NCBI RefSeq assembly: GCF_006345805.1 | Contig: NC_043017.1 | Coordinates: 28,148,001 to 28,212,000, forward strand | Length of the DNA: 64,000 bases | Source: Octopus sinensis | Taxonomy: Eukaryota | Direction of reading: 5' to 3' | Shown: positions 37,851 to 51,384 of the stretch, in pieces | How the letters are laid out: each line of letters starts with the position of its first letter | Position numbering within the stretch: position 1 is the first letter of the stretch | Program-made: the position numbers and the translations under genes | The notes under the pieces: model-generated | What the model was told of the DNA's origin: nothing | What the model saw: the letters and a program-made list of their open reading frames with translations, nothing else | Database searches by the model: none

Positions 37851-38244
37851 CTTACAGTATCGCACGGCGTTGCTCGTGTTTGTAAGGGAAATAACTATAT
37901 AAGCATTTTTAGAGATATAAAGTATAATAGCCATCTCAATATGGCTAACCACAAAGGGGGGTGTTACTGTAGCGTTTTACGTTCTGAGATTTAATAATAC
38001 ATTTTTAGAGAGGTACTTACCTTATATAATAGGAAAAAAATGCGTTAAAAATGGGAAAAATTGATGGTAATTTTTTTTTAAATCACAGACTCATCGTAGA
38101 CGTGCACTAATACCCAGAAGGGCTCGATATGAATCACGACTATAAGATACCCGGTTTTGGTTAAACTGCACCGCAAAATGTGGGAGTAGTTAGGAATCTA
38201 AATCGTAGGAGACAGACACACAACTTTAGTTTTATATATAAAGA
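37851..38244 (-). mobile_element. Non-autonomous Helitron (family H1), 3' end decayed
   Basis: Reverse complement of the 3848-4241 element over most of its length. 5' TCTTTATATATAA terminus at 38244. Confidence 0.8.
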
Positions 38245-39221
38245 TGTCACGCTATCTATTATGAGGATGTTACTAACCTTTTTTTCTTAGTTTGTGACTC
38301 CTTTCGTTTAACCTTTCCAAGCACAAGCATCCACAAATTTATTAGTATATATGTGGATGTTTCAGTTTGTGTCGTTTAATAGATATATATAGACAGACAT
38401 ATAGATTGCTAAGCGCATGATGAGAGAGGAAGAAGTGGCAAGATGACATATGACACAGAGTGACCAAAGAGGTGCAGAGTTTGGCCTGATGTTGAAAGCG
38501 CCAGAAGCTATAAATGCAAGAAAGTGTAGCTTCTGTTTGTGCTATCTGATTTTTTTTTTCTTTCATTTTTATACTTTTAATCTTTCTGATGTTAATGTTA
38601 TAGACGGCAGATTTATATCATGAAAGAAATATTTATTTGAAAGTTTATTAGTTGCACTTTTATCATCCACTATGATATGGAACATAAATGCCTCTCCATA
38701 CTCTCACGAAATCACGCGCACACATACATAAACACACATGGAAACATACTCGCTTATGCTTATACACACATTCACACATACACACACGAATATGCAGTAT
38801 CTCTACTACTGGTGACTTTAGATCTCAAATGAGTGCATCATCAGTCAGAATATTTACCGTAAAGTTGTGTGGTTACTAATGCATATAGTAGAAATTGCTA
38901 CAAGAACTTATATAATTTTCTTTCTCACCGTACGTTTCACCGTTTTGGAAAAGTTGCATTCTCTGCAGTGGATGTTCCTAATGAAATTGGATCCTCGCCT
39001 TCAATAATTCATAAGAGGAAAACATAAATGTATTGTGTGATACACATGAAATATTTTTCATTAAAATGCATCCGATCTGTGAACATTCACTTCAGAGCAT
39101 GCACAGTAACCAGAATGAGGAAACGTACGTAGGAAAAAAATAATTCAGATTTTCACGCCTCATAATTTTTCATGTGTGTGCATGTGTGTATATACACATA
39201 CATACATCATACATACATATA

Positions 39222-39526
39222 GGTGGAGGCGCAATGGCCCAGTGGTTAGGGCAGCGGACTCGCGGTTGTAGGATCGCGGTTTCGATTCCCAGGCCGGGCG
39301 TTGTGAGTGTTTATTGAGCAAAAACACTTAAAGCTCCACGAGGCTCCGGCAGGGGGTGCTGACCCTGCTGTACTCTTTCACCACTCTTTCTCCCACTCTT
39401 TCTTCTGTTGGCCTGCTCGCTTAGCCAGCGGGGTGGCATCATTCGAAGGCTAAAACAATGCGAACGCATTGTGACCAGCGATGTGTAACAACATCTGATG
39501 GTCTGGTCGGTCACGTGATCACGTGA
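39222..39526 (+). mobile_element. SINE family B, full length, tail type 1 ((CACGTGAT)n end)
   Basis: tRNA-like head GGAGGCGCAATGGCCCAGTGGTTAGGGCAGCGGACTCGCGG...GGTTTCGATTCCC. Confidence 0.88.
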
Positions 39527-39544
39527 CCACATACATATATATAC

Positions 39545-39715
39545 TCTTACTCTTTTACTTGTTTCAGTCATTTGACTGCGGCCATGCTGGAACACCGCCT
39601 TTAATCGAGCAACTCGACCCCGGGACATATTCTTTTGTAAGCCCAGTGCTTATTTTATCGGTCTCTTTTGCCGAACCGCTAATTAACGGGGACATAAACA
39701 CACCAGTATCGGTTT
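39545..39715 (-). mobile_element. SINE family A, tail half
   Basis: Reverse complement of the tail module. Confidence 0.8.
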
Positions 39716-39920
39716 CTGGGAGTTTGGTGGTCCGGAATAATGATGGTTACTTGGGTCCAATATCGCCTCCGTCTACAGGGAGATTTTTACATCGGAGAAT
39801 TTTACACTTGAAGTTTTGACAAGATGGAGTCTGAAGATGGAATTATATATATATATCGGCAAAATAGACCGATAGAGAAAGTACTAGGCTTACAAGGAAT
39901 AAGTCCTGAGGTCGATTTCA

Positions 39921-40280
39921 GGTTCAGGGTTCAGTCCCATTGCATGGCACCTTGGGCAAGTGTTTCTACTATTGCCTCGGGCCGACCAAAGTCTTGTGAG
40001 TGGATTTCGTAGACAGAAACTGAAAGAAACCCATCGTATATTATATATATGTGTGTGTGTGTGTGTGTGTCTGTGTTTGTCCCCCCCCCCAACTTCGCTT
40101 GACAAACGGTGCTGTTGTGTTTACGTTTCCGCAACTTAGCGGTTCGGCAAAAAAAAAAAAAAACGATAGAATACGTACTAGGCTTAGAAAAGAATAATTC
40201 CTGGTGTTAATGTGCTCGACTAAAAAAGGCGGGGCTCCAGCATGGCCACAGTCAAATGACTGAAGCAAGTAAAAGAATAA
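39921..40280 (+). mobile_element. SINE family A, 5'-truncated
   Basis: B-box through tail. Confidence 0.82.
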
Positions 40281-40584
40281 ATTAATGTAACTCACAAATT
40301 CTCAATTCGAAATTTAAATGGCCATTTAGATATTTAATCTGCTGTAAACACAACCCACCACATTATCTACAAAAAGCCCGCTTGCTTTCTGAAACATCCT
40401 TGGAACTTAAACAATGACTATTGTGATATAAATCCAGTTTATAAAGGAATATTCAATTGTTATCCCTATGATTTAAGACAATTATCTGTTCTCTCTAACA
40501 ATGTTACTTGGGGTCATTGAGAAACATTCGAGTTTACATTTTGAATAAGCATACGGCACGCTCACTGCAAACGTAACAGTGTGT

Positions 40585-40585
40585 G

Positions 40586-40634
<49 letters not shown>

Positions 40635-40656
40635 GATCTACACACACATGTATGTA

Positions 40657-40687
<31 letters not shown>

Positions 40688-40709
40688 GATCTACACACAC
40701 ATGTATGTA

Positions 40710-40747
<38 letters not shown>

Positions 40748-40766
40748 CTACACACACATGTATGTA

Positions 40767-40797
<31 letters not shown>

Positions 40798-40821
40798 GAT
40801 CTACACACACATATGTATATA

Positions 40822-40861
<40 letters not shown>

Positions 40862-40890
40862 CTACACACATACATGTATATATATATACA
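40585..40890. repeat. Minisatellite ATGATCTACACACACATGTATGTATGTGTGC separated by variable (TA)n, ~5 units
   Basis: GATCTACACAC recurs near 40635, 40688, 40745, 40798, 40859. Confidence 0.9.
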
Positions 40891-41041
40891 TGCATATATA
40901 TTATATATGTACATATATACATGTGTATATATATATGTATATTAGTACGTATATATGTTCATATTTATACATATATTTATATAATTATATATGTTTGTAT
41001 ATATATATAAAGGTATATATGTGCATACTTATACATAGATT

Positions 41042-41072
<31 letters not shown>

Positions 41073-41573
41073 ATGCGTTTATAATTACATATGTATGTAT
41101 GTGTGAGTGAGTGGTATGTATAAATTATATATGATACGTAATCGTGTGCGTGTACCAGTGCACCGGGGATAAATGCGCGGACTTAAAACACGTTATCCCG
41201 GAATTTAGTTAGTTTGAGTATGGTCTCTGCTGGACATACATAATTCATAGCAAATAAATAAAATATGCCAAAAGTTGTCGGAGAATTTGACACGCACCAA
41301 TTTCTCCATTGAAGTTTGGGAAATTCTAGATCTCCGCTACACGCGATGTTACAGAATTGCAAACTGAACTTGCCCGTACAAATACATACTTAATATTCAC
41401 ACAAACACACACACACTAACACACAAGATCAAGCATACGGTTATGCACATACATACAGATACGCACGCGTACGCAAACGCACATACACTCGCATAAACAC
41501 AGGCGCACATGCAAACATAGAAACACATAAAAAATATAAAAACACAGAAATTGAGAAAGAAAATGAGATATAG

Positions 41574-41607
<34 letters not shown>

Positions 41608-42720
41608 ATGTATGTATATATATATATGTGTGTGTGTGTGTATGTATATATGTATATATATATATGTGTGTGTGTATGTATATATGTATATATATATATA
41701 TGTGTGTGTGTGTATGTATATATATATATATGTGTGTATGTATATATATATATATACATATATATGTGTGTGTGTATGTGTGTATGTATATGCGTACATC
41801 CATAAATAAATATATGTGAATGCACATATATATGTGCCTGCATATATCTATGTGTATATAGTCCTCCACACACATACACACATGTATATATATATACATA
41901 TATACACGCACATCATATCTATCAGTCTATCTATATATTTAGGGATCTATCAACCTATATATATATATATATATATATATAATACAAACCATAATATATG
42001 TAATAGGCATATATGAAAGTATATATGCTTATATGTATGTATAACATACATACATATATATATTTGTATACTATATATACACATACATATATACAAACAC
42101 ACACACACATATATATATAAGGTCACAGAGAAACATTCTAGTTTACATTCTGAATAAGCATACGGTATACACCGGCATTCAAATTCCACCAAGGTCGATT
42201 TTGCTTCTCATTCTTTGGAGGTCTATGCAAACGATTTACACCCTCCCCGAAATTGCTGGTATTGTGCTATAATTTGAAATGCTAATATATTTATATATGT
42301 TTCCGAGGGTGCGTGGCTTAGTGGTTAGGGTGTTGCACTAACAATCGGGAGTTCGTTGCTTCAGTATTAGACCGGGTGATGTGTTCTGTTCTTGAACGCA
42401 TCTCACATTTTTCTGCGATTACTTCAACGCTTGACGTGTCGTACACCACGCACCTTTTCAGATGTGCTAGTCGGACAGTATAAACAAATCCTTTGTGTAA
42501 ATCGTTCGCCAAAAGCTTAGCACTCACACGTCGTCTTCAAGGTGAGAGTCTTACACAGCTTGCTTGACATAGGCAGAAAGGCGGTGAGCTTCTATGATCG
42601 TTACCACATTGGAGAAAATATTTAGCATCATTTCGTGCGCCTTTACGTTCGGAGTTCAAATTCCACCGAGGTCGATTTTCCCTTGCATCCATTCAGGATC
42701 GATATGATAATTGCCAAGGT

Positions 42721-42907
42721 GTGAGTGTGTGCTAAGTAATTTTCTTACCAACGACATGGTTCCGGGTTCATTCCCACTGCGTGGTAACTTGGGCAAGTGT
42801 CTTCTACTATAGCCTCGGGCCGACCAAACCTTGTGAGTGGATTTGGTAGACAGAAAATGAAAGAAGCCTGTCGTATATATGTATGTGTATATATATATAT
42901 ATATATG

Positions 42908-42982
<75 letters not shown>

Positions 42983-43151
42983 CTCAGTCCACCCGACATC
43001 GCTTGACAACCGTAACTTAGCGGTTCGGCAAAAGAGACCGATAGAAAAAGTATTAGGCTTACAAAAAATAAGTCCTAGGGTCGATTTGCTCGACTAAAGG
43101 CGGTGCCCCAGCATGGCCGCAGTCAAATGACTGAAACAAGTAAAAGAGTAA
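42721..43151 (+). mobile_element. SINE family A
   Basis: Head, microsatellite and tail present. Confidence 0.82.
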
Positions 43152-43343
43152 GCACTAGGGGAGCCTACCCACTCCCACCAAGTTTCATGTTTTGTGCCTG
43201 TTAGAATATATATATATATACATACATATATATAATCAAAATAAGCAACAAGGATATCGAAGGTAGAGTAGTACAATTGTTTCATGCTACTTCATTTTAT
43301 TAAACCCTGTAATTATTATTTATATGAAAATAGTTAGGTAATA

Positions 43344-43566
43344 TACTAGAAGCTGTTGAAAAGTTCTTGGCTTTAAGAGTATCGTGAAAGACCTGGTTGG
43401 AGGCCCAACCTTCTGACTTCTTTTACAGTGTTTAGAAAAACTGAAACACTGCTACAATAAATGTGTGTCTGGGAAGGCAACATGATTAATAAAATCCTAA
43501 TTAACTGTCCTCCCTGTTGTTTCTTTTACACCAAAATAGGACATTTTCAGCACACTCTCCTAGATA
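43344..43566. mobile_element. Mariner-derived MITE
   Basis: Degenerate TIRs (GCTGTTGAAAAGTTCTTGG ... GGACATTTTCAGCACAC). Homologous to 35022-35215. Confidence 0.6.
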
Positions 43567-44695
43567 TATAAATGGGCACATGCGCACACAATTACACACA
43601 CTCACACAAACAATCATAACTGAATTAAATAAAGGCATGTAGCTATGTAACTAAACACTTCAAATCATTTCTGCATCTGGTACTTAGGTGTCCTTTTCCC
43701 GGACACATATTTCGAATCATAACCACTATTGTGTATCGCTTAAGCAGACACATTGTACTACTAGAGAACACAGTGCGATACAGCACTGGAAGAGAAGGCT
43801 GCAGATATGTAACGCAATACATCAAAAATATCACGTTCAAATGCTTCATATAATTGTTTCCTATGAGAGAAACTACAGCAGCGTTAATTATAACATTGAT
43901 CCAATTCGTGATATAAAACATAATTAGCACTTGAGTATTCCAATACTGTGTCATCGATGCTAACTTGATAGCTAATTATTTAAGCAAAATGAATTCCAGT
44001 GGTGTATTTTATTCCCAAACAAATAAATGTACGATTAGAAATTTTTGCAGAAATTTTGAGTTCACGAAGACGTGTAATTCATGAAATGAAATTTTGTGTG
44101 TGCTTGTGTGTATGCGCGTGTGTATGCATATTTATAAGTACATTAGGAGTAAGGATGAACGAATGGACAGAATGGGATAGAGAGAAAGAGAGAGAGAAAA
44201 GAAAGTAGGTAGATGTAAGCATGAAAATGCGCGTGTAAGCGTGCATATCTATACATACGTACAAATAATGTGTGTGTGCGAGTGTGTGTGTATTCGATGG
44301 GCTTTTTTAGTTTCCTTCAACTAAATCCACCCGGAAGTCTTTTGTCGATTCGAGGCTAGAGTAGAATTCACCTGCCCAATATGCCACGCACTGTGGCTAA
44401 ATCCGGAGCTATATAATCAGGAAGCACATGCTTTCCATACTCCAACACCTGTTTCTATATATACAGGCCCATATACACGTACGCGCACAATTCGTGCGTA
44501 TATGGAGAGAGTAAGTGTGGGGGGAATAGTGAGTGAGTGAGTAAGAGAGAGCCTGAAAGAATGGGTGAGGGAAAGAGAGGAAGGGTGGAAGAGATGACGA
44601 CGGTGTGATAGATTTATAGCTAATATTTATGAGTGTGTATGTATGCTTTTTTTTTCTTTTGTGTGTGTGTTGATGTGAACGCAATGAAATGATGT

Positions 44696-45058
44696 TGCCG
44701 CTACGTTCTGAGTTCAAATTCCGCCGAGGTCGACTTTGCCTTTCATCCTTTCGGGGTCGATTAAATAAATACCAGGTACGCACTGGGGTCGATGAAATCG
44801 ACTTAATCCGTTTGTCTATCCTTGTTTGTCCTCTCTGTGTTTAGCCCCTTGTGGGTAGTAAAGAAATAGGTATTTCATCTGTCTTTACGTTCTGAGTTCA
44901 AATTCCGCCGAGGTCGACTTTGCCTTTCATCGTTTTGGGGGTCGATTAAATAAATACCAGTTACGCACTGGGGTCGATGTAATCGACTTAATCCGTTTGT
45001 CTGTCCTTGTTTGTCCTCTCTGTGTTTAGCCCCTTGTGGGTAGTAAAGAAATAGGTAT
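44696..45058 (+). mobile_element. SINE family C body, tandem dimer (184-bp period), headless
   Basis: Units start at 44706 and 44890. Confidence 0.85.
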
Positions 45059-45676
45059 AATTAACGACACTTTTAAAGAAATGGCCACTGAAATCCAACG
45101 TAAATATTTGTGTAGGAAGGTTATAAACGTGTAAATGTCCAGCTTAGCTATGACAAGTATATGAAGCAGCAGATTTTCAGCATTCCAATTATTTTGGTAC
45201 TGTTGTATTACATTTCTTTTCTTAAAATATTGCTACTATACTAATTAAGTCTTACCTAAATAACGTCTGGAATATAAATGTGAAATCATACTATTTTGTG
45301 CGAAATTTTTGTTACAGGCATTTTAAACTTTATAGATTCCTCTTTGGATTTCTCGGCCTCTTTGATCTTCGATTGAAGATTTTCTTACTGGTTATGCTGT
45401 GTATATGCACACATTGCTTACATATTTCTCTGGGGTTAGTCAGGTGAAATAAAAAAATATATATATATATGTATAAATTATTCTTTTCACCTTACAATTC
45501 TTGAAAAGTCGCAGTGCTACGAAAACCGGTTTGAATTAATATATATATATTTTGTTAATTTTCTAAAAATTTTCCTTACACCCATTTTTATTAAAATTTA
45601 CCTTCATTCTGCCTTTTTATAATTTTTCCTTGCCTATCATTTCTCCACGTGCGGTCAACACTACCCCACCATTTAT

Positions 45677-45716
<40 letters not shown>

Positions 45717-46196
45717 CTGATAAGACTCTAATAAGAGACGAAATTCAGTTAAAGCTGTTCATCATTTTTTCAGTCTATGGAGAAATGTTTATCTTTACCA
45801 TGCATATTGTCTTTATACTACGTAGGTGTACGAATACGTATGTCATTGTGAAGATGTGAGTGTGTATATGTGCCAGTGTGTTCGTATATAAATGCGTTTC
45901 TGAATATATTCTGAGTATGCAGATAAATACATACATATTCTGTTATACTGTTATTGCTTTAATTGTTTCAGTCACCTGACTGCGGACATGCTGGAGCATC
46001 GCATTGAAAGGTTTTAGTTGAACAAATTGACAGCAGGACTTATTTCCAAGCCTAGTGCTTATCCCATCTGTTTTTTATGCCAAACGGTTAAGTCACTGGG
46101 AAGTAAACAAACCAACGCCGGTTGTCAAGCGGTGATGGAGATACAAACCCAAAGACACTTAGACACACACACATACCATATATATATATATATATA

Positions 46197-46400
46197 TAAC
46201 GGGAAGGTTTACGAAAATAAGCAAAAGACGAAGGCAGGTGGAGTACAAACATATAAATGTATTAGTATAGCGCTCAGGAATAGAAAAAGTCTTTTACGTT
46301 TCGAGCCTACGCTCTTCGACGGAAAGATACACATAAAAAAAAACAAGGAGAGAAACAAGGTGAGAAAAAAATGCGTGTAGGAGCTAACGATCTATCATGG
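46197..46400 (-). mobile_element. Family D element; variant motif 46291-46326; nested between two halves of a minus-strand SINE-A
   Basis: Minus strand: CTTT CCGTCGA A GAGC GTAG GCTC GAAAC GTA AAAG. Confidence 0.7.
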
Positions 46401-46741
46401 CGTCACGGCGGGTTTCACTAGGCTTTGGTCGGCCCCAGCCTATGGCAGAAAATTCTTATCCAAGGTGATACGCAGACTGAAATCCACAAAGGACACTTAA
46501 GTCAGTATTTTTGTGTGTGTGAGGAGAGTGTAGGATGGCTGCCTCCTCGTTCGCGAAAATATCAGAACCTGCCCCATCACAAGCGTGATATATCAGTCCG
46601 GAAGTGACTTAGATTCTTTTGCACAGAGATGTTACAGACTTGATAGCCTTCGACAAAAGGGGTTTCTTGTCGGTCACCATGCACTTGTGTGTGTGTGTGT
46701 GTGTGTTGTGTGTGTGTGTGTGTGTGTGTTCGTGCGTGTAT

Positions 46742-47153
46742 AGGCGCAGGAGTGGCTGGGTCGTAGGTAGCTTGCTTACCAAACCACACGGTTCCGGGTT
46801 CAGTCCCACTGCGTGGCACTTTCGGCAAGTGATTTCTACTATACCCGACCAAAGCCTTGTGAGTGGATTTGGTTAACGGACATGAAAGAAGCCTGTCGTA
46901 TATGTATGTGCGTGTGTGTATGTATGTATGTATGTGTGTGTGTGTGTGTGTGGTTTTGCGACTCTCACCCCAACATCGTTTGACAACCGATGCTCTCGCG
47001 TTTAAGTCCCCGTAACATAGCGGTTCGGCAAAAGAGACCGAGAGAATAAGTACCAGGCTTACAAAGAATAAGTCCTGGGGTCGATTTGCTCAGCTAAAGG
47101 CGGTGCTCCAGCATGGCCGCTGTCACAAGACTGAGACAAGTAAATGAGTAAAG
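46742..47153 (+). mobile_element. SINE family A, full length
   Basis: Matches 4482-4900. Confidence 0.86.
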
Positions 47154-47794
47154 ATTATTGATCTTGGGGGTCTTGACTATCCTTGTTTCATTGCATTTAT
47201 CATTTTAGCTCCTATTGGTAAGTCGTAAGTTTCTCAAAAATACGGTTTGTCCATCGATCAGTTTCTTATAATATTGTTTCCAAACAGTCAATGACTGTTG
47301 TTCTGGCTTCTTCCGTATGTTTCAGGATAATATATTCTTTAATATCTTCAACCAAACCACACATTAAAGACAAAAGAAAAGAAAGAAAAAATAACCTTTG
47401 TGCCAGATTATTACATTGAAATATCAATGCAACTCATAAGTTCCTACACTGAATAGTTTACATTTATAGGTGGTGGTTACTTTTAACGTTCCTAACGACA
47501 CCCGCCCCCGTCATATATAATGTGTTTGTGGTTGTGTATGTGTACATATGTGGGCGCGCTGGAGCGTCTGTGTGAGAATGTGTGCCAGCGGACGAAGATT
47601 TAATCGACCCTAGCGACATCAGTTATTTCATTTCATACTAACATATTTCAGTAATTGTATATTCCAGCTGCAGCCATATTCCTAACGTTGGCGTGATATC
47701 AAAATACTTTTACATATAAAACACGTAAAAAATAACGAGGTACAAAAACAGCATACCACACACAACACATACATACATATAAACTATATATATA

Positions 47795-47838
<44 letters not shown>

Positions 47839-48432
47839 TAAGTTATGTTATGTATGTGTGTGCTAGTGTTTGGTTTGTGTTCGTGTGTTTGGGTGTACAT
47901 ATCACGTATCAAATAACCAGTATTCAATATTTAAAACTCCATATGTAATATTATAGACCCAAACAGAAATGATCTGAGTTTCCCTTGATTGGTCTGCATA
48001 AGTAGAAATATTTAAAAAGAATAATAACAAAGTAAAATAAACAAAAGGAAACAAAATAGGAGAGTCTCTTCATAGTACTGTGTTAGAATGTAATACAAGA
48101 CCTATTGCGTATTTCTTTTTTGATGTACAAAAATGCAAATGGACTTCTCCATCCTTGTTACCTTCATGCAATTTCTATCAGACCATATAAATTATAAGCA
48201 CACGCATTATGATATATTAATATGCATACAAGGAGGCGTTCTGGTTGAGACATTAGCACGCTGGGCAAAATGCGTAACGGCATTTTGTCTGTTTTTAAGT
48301 TCTTAGAGAACGACCATGCTTTTCATCCTTTCAGGATTTATAAAACAAATATCAGTAATGCACTAGGGTCGATGTAATCGACGTATCCCTCCCAAAAATT
48401 GCTGGTCCTCTCCCTATTTTAAACCTATATAT

Positions 48433-48468
<36 letters not shown>

Positions 48469-48469
48469 A

Positions 48470-48677
48470 AAGTTAATACCAACATGAAAGCACAAAAAAC
48501 ACCAAACAACGCGAGGACTGGGAACAAATAATAGTATTATTGGACGCTCAGGAAAGAAGGAAATAAGGAGGGTTTAACGTTTCGAGCGGAGCTCTTCGTC
48601 GGAAACAGAGGAGAAGGAAGATCTAGAGAAGGGAAGACAGGGAAAAAAAATCACCAACGGTTATACTGCGGTCACAC

Positions 48678-48678
<1 letters not shown>
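48470..48678 (-). mobile_element. Family E element; hammerhead-like motif 48572-48606
   Basis: Minus strand: GTTT CCGACGA A GAGC TCC GCTC GAAAC GTT AAAC. Flanked by (TA)n on both sides. Confidence 0.78.
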
Positions 48679-48713
<35 letters not shown>

Positions 48714-48715
<2 letters not shown>

Positions 48716-49304
48716 AGGTGCAAAGGGTAAATTGTTGCCATTATTTTTTCTTTTTTTTTTTCGTGATTGCGATTTGTTTGTTTTCGATTTTGTCAACTAC
48801 ATAGTATAAGGGTCAGTTAGGCACCGTGTGTGAAAGAAACAGCACCATGACGCAATTTACTCTTCCAGAAATTTGGAAACGATTTGCTGTACTGCTTGGC
48901 ATTCGCGCCACCGGAAGCTTCGATGCGAACATTTGAGAGTGTTTGGATGTCAATCTGGAGACGGTGCAATCTGAGGACATCCAGTCAACAACAAGATGTT
49001 TTGAGCGATCGATAGTGACGACGACGTAATGCCTGCATTCACCGTCCCATACGGCCTCAATCAACACGGAGGCCAACATCAATTGCCTAGTGGAGTTAAT
49101 GCTGGGGTGGGTAAAAAGGATGGCTGCTGGAAGAACTTATGACTGGCAAAAGGATTGTGCACCTTGCAACACAATTGGGAGAACCCATTCAGGGCTGTCA
49201 GACAATTTTTGCGACCACATAATCCCTAACATTTGGCCACCTAACTCTCTAGACTGCATCCGCACTGATTATTATGTGGGGCGCACAGTTGAACGAGATG
49301 CCAA
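48714..49304 (+). mobile_element. Tc1/mariner relic, maT (DD37D)-like, internally deleted
   Basis: TA|CAAGGTG start. N-terminal MTQFTLPEIWKRFAVLLGIRA, and catalytic region WQKDCAPCNT...DNFCDHIIPNIWPPNSLDCIRTDYYV (cf. QQDSAPCH...WPPNSPDCNPLDYYVW). Confidence 0.78.
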
Positions 49305-49327
49305 TATATTTATATATATATTATATA

Positions 49328-49576
49328 TCACCGTGTTGCTACACATCGCTGGTCACAATGGGCTTCGCATTGTTTTAGCTTTCAAATGACGAGCAGGCCA
49401 ACAGAAGAAAGAGTGAGAGAAATATGTGGCGAAAGAGTACCGCAGGGATCGATACCACCCCCTGCTGGAGCCTCATGGAGCTTTAGGTGTTTTCGCTCAA
49501 TAAACACTCACAACGCCCGGTCTGGGAATTGAAACCGCGAGTACGCTGCCCTAACCACTGGGCTATTGCGCCTCCA
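49328..49576 (-). mobile_element. SINE family B, tail type 1, with deletions
   Basis: Reverse complement of the family B consensus. Confidence 0.8.
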
Positions 49577-49884
49577 TACATATATATATAAATATATATA
49601 ATATATATATATATCTTGGTGCAGTTATCTATCCTGACAGTATATATAAATGTGCTTTTACTCATCTACATATGTATGTATGCATTATGTATGTATGTAT
49701 GCATTATGTATGTATGTATGACTATGTATGTATATGTATTGTTTATTGGAAAGATGGAACGCGAAGCGTTCGCCTTTATGAACCAAAGATTTGCAAGCTA
49801 TTATATATAGCTTTAGCTGTTTCGCTTGAAGTTTAATAGTTCGTCTGAAAACACACATACACCCACTCGCGCACACACACGAAC

Positions 49885-49922
<38 letters not shown>

Positions 49923-50515
49923 TATATTTATATGACGTATGCGTAAACCCACATACATACAGATGTGCACACACTTATAGGCAAACATTTCTCTGAGAAA
50001 GATACTCGTGTAATGCCAAGGTGAGTGTCGAGAATAAAGATTAAATGGAAAAATCATTCTTCACTAAGTAATTTACCAATTAGTTAGTTAATTAAATAAA
50101 CTACATGATTTACTTACCTAAATAAGTAATTAAGTAATTCGTTAGTAAATTAAGTCATGTTTTACATAGCTGGCATCACGGAAACAAATATCAAAGAGTA
50201 ATTAAATGGTGCTCATTATAATGGAAGAATACACATTTCGAGGTATCGGAACATTGAATCAATTACTCTTCCAAACCAATTCAAAAGAATTTCTATTCTT
50301 CGCTTTAGATATTTGTAAAATAAATGAACATCAGAACGTTTAATTCTGCCCTCCTCCTACCCAAAATATATAATGATCGATATATCAGATATGAAAGCGA
50401 AAAGAAACTTTGTAAATTTGTTCCAAAATATAGACGTCCATTTCAAAGAATACATTTAGCAGTAAACACATACGTGTGTGTTTGTGTGTGTGTGCTGATG
50501 TATATATATATATAT

Positions 50516-50565
<50 letters not shown>

Positions 50566-51384
50566 GTGAGTGTGTATGTATGTATGTATGTATGTATCTA
50601 TCGCAGTAGTTTATCAGTTAATGTGTGTGTTTGTATGTGTGTGTATGAGTGTATGTGCGTGCGTGTGTGTATCGGAACAGTTTTTATTGGTACATAAGTG
50701 CCCGCAAATCCGCAAATGGTTGAATAATAAAATAGCAAGAGAGTAACGAAATAATAATAATAATAATAATAATAACAATAATAATCATGAAGAAAGCAAA
50801 AAATGGTTTGTTAAAAAAAAAAAAGTTTAATGCCGAATAAATAAGAGAAAAAAATATGTACCCCACATAAAACAAAAACAAAATCAGAAAGCAAAAACCA
50901 AACAAAAAAAAACAAAAAAATCCAGCAGTGCGTAAACACCGAAGTAAATCGATAGATGCTTGATTGATTTGATTAATTTCTATTTTGGGGAAAGAATCGT
51001 TCTTTTTGATAACTGTTGGTTGTATTGATTGCTTTTAAGACTAAGTTAATTTGTCTTTGAATGTCAACTACTTTCCATTACATTTTCTTTCGTTTTATCA
51101 AACTTTTCCGTCGTTTCATTCTTTCTGTCTGACTTTCATTGAATGCTTCGATTTCTTTCATCAGTTATCTTTTCTTTGTTTCACTCACTGGACTGCGGCC
51201 ATTCTGGAACTTCGTCTTGAAGATTTTCAGTGGCGCATATCAGCCTATACTATTTATACATTTTCTTTTTTTTTTTTGAGATATCTGGTGCTTATTCTGA
51301 CTCTGACACAACTGCTATGTAGGAGATAAGCGAAACGATACCGGTTTATCGAGTGGTTGTTGGTGACATAAAAAAATATTGCTT

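Noticed and set aside
39222-39300. SINE heads as tRNA genes
   Set aside because: A and B boxes are present, but the heads continue into conserved SINE bodies and lack a complete acceptor stem and terminator.
43643-43954. Possible decayed reverse-transcriptase fragment (S*PLLCIALS)
   Set aside because: Only one short motif-like match, and neighbouring RT motifs are not recoverable.
45714-45752. CTGATAA-GACTCT...AGAGAC-GAAA hammerhead-like string
   Set aside because: G8 is mutated and there is no valid NTH triplet followed by a helix I complement.
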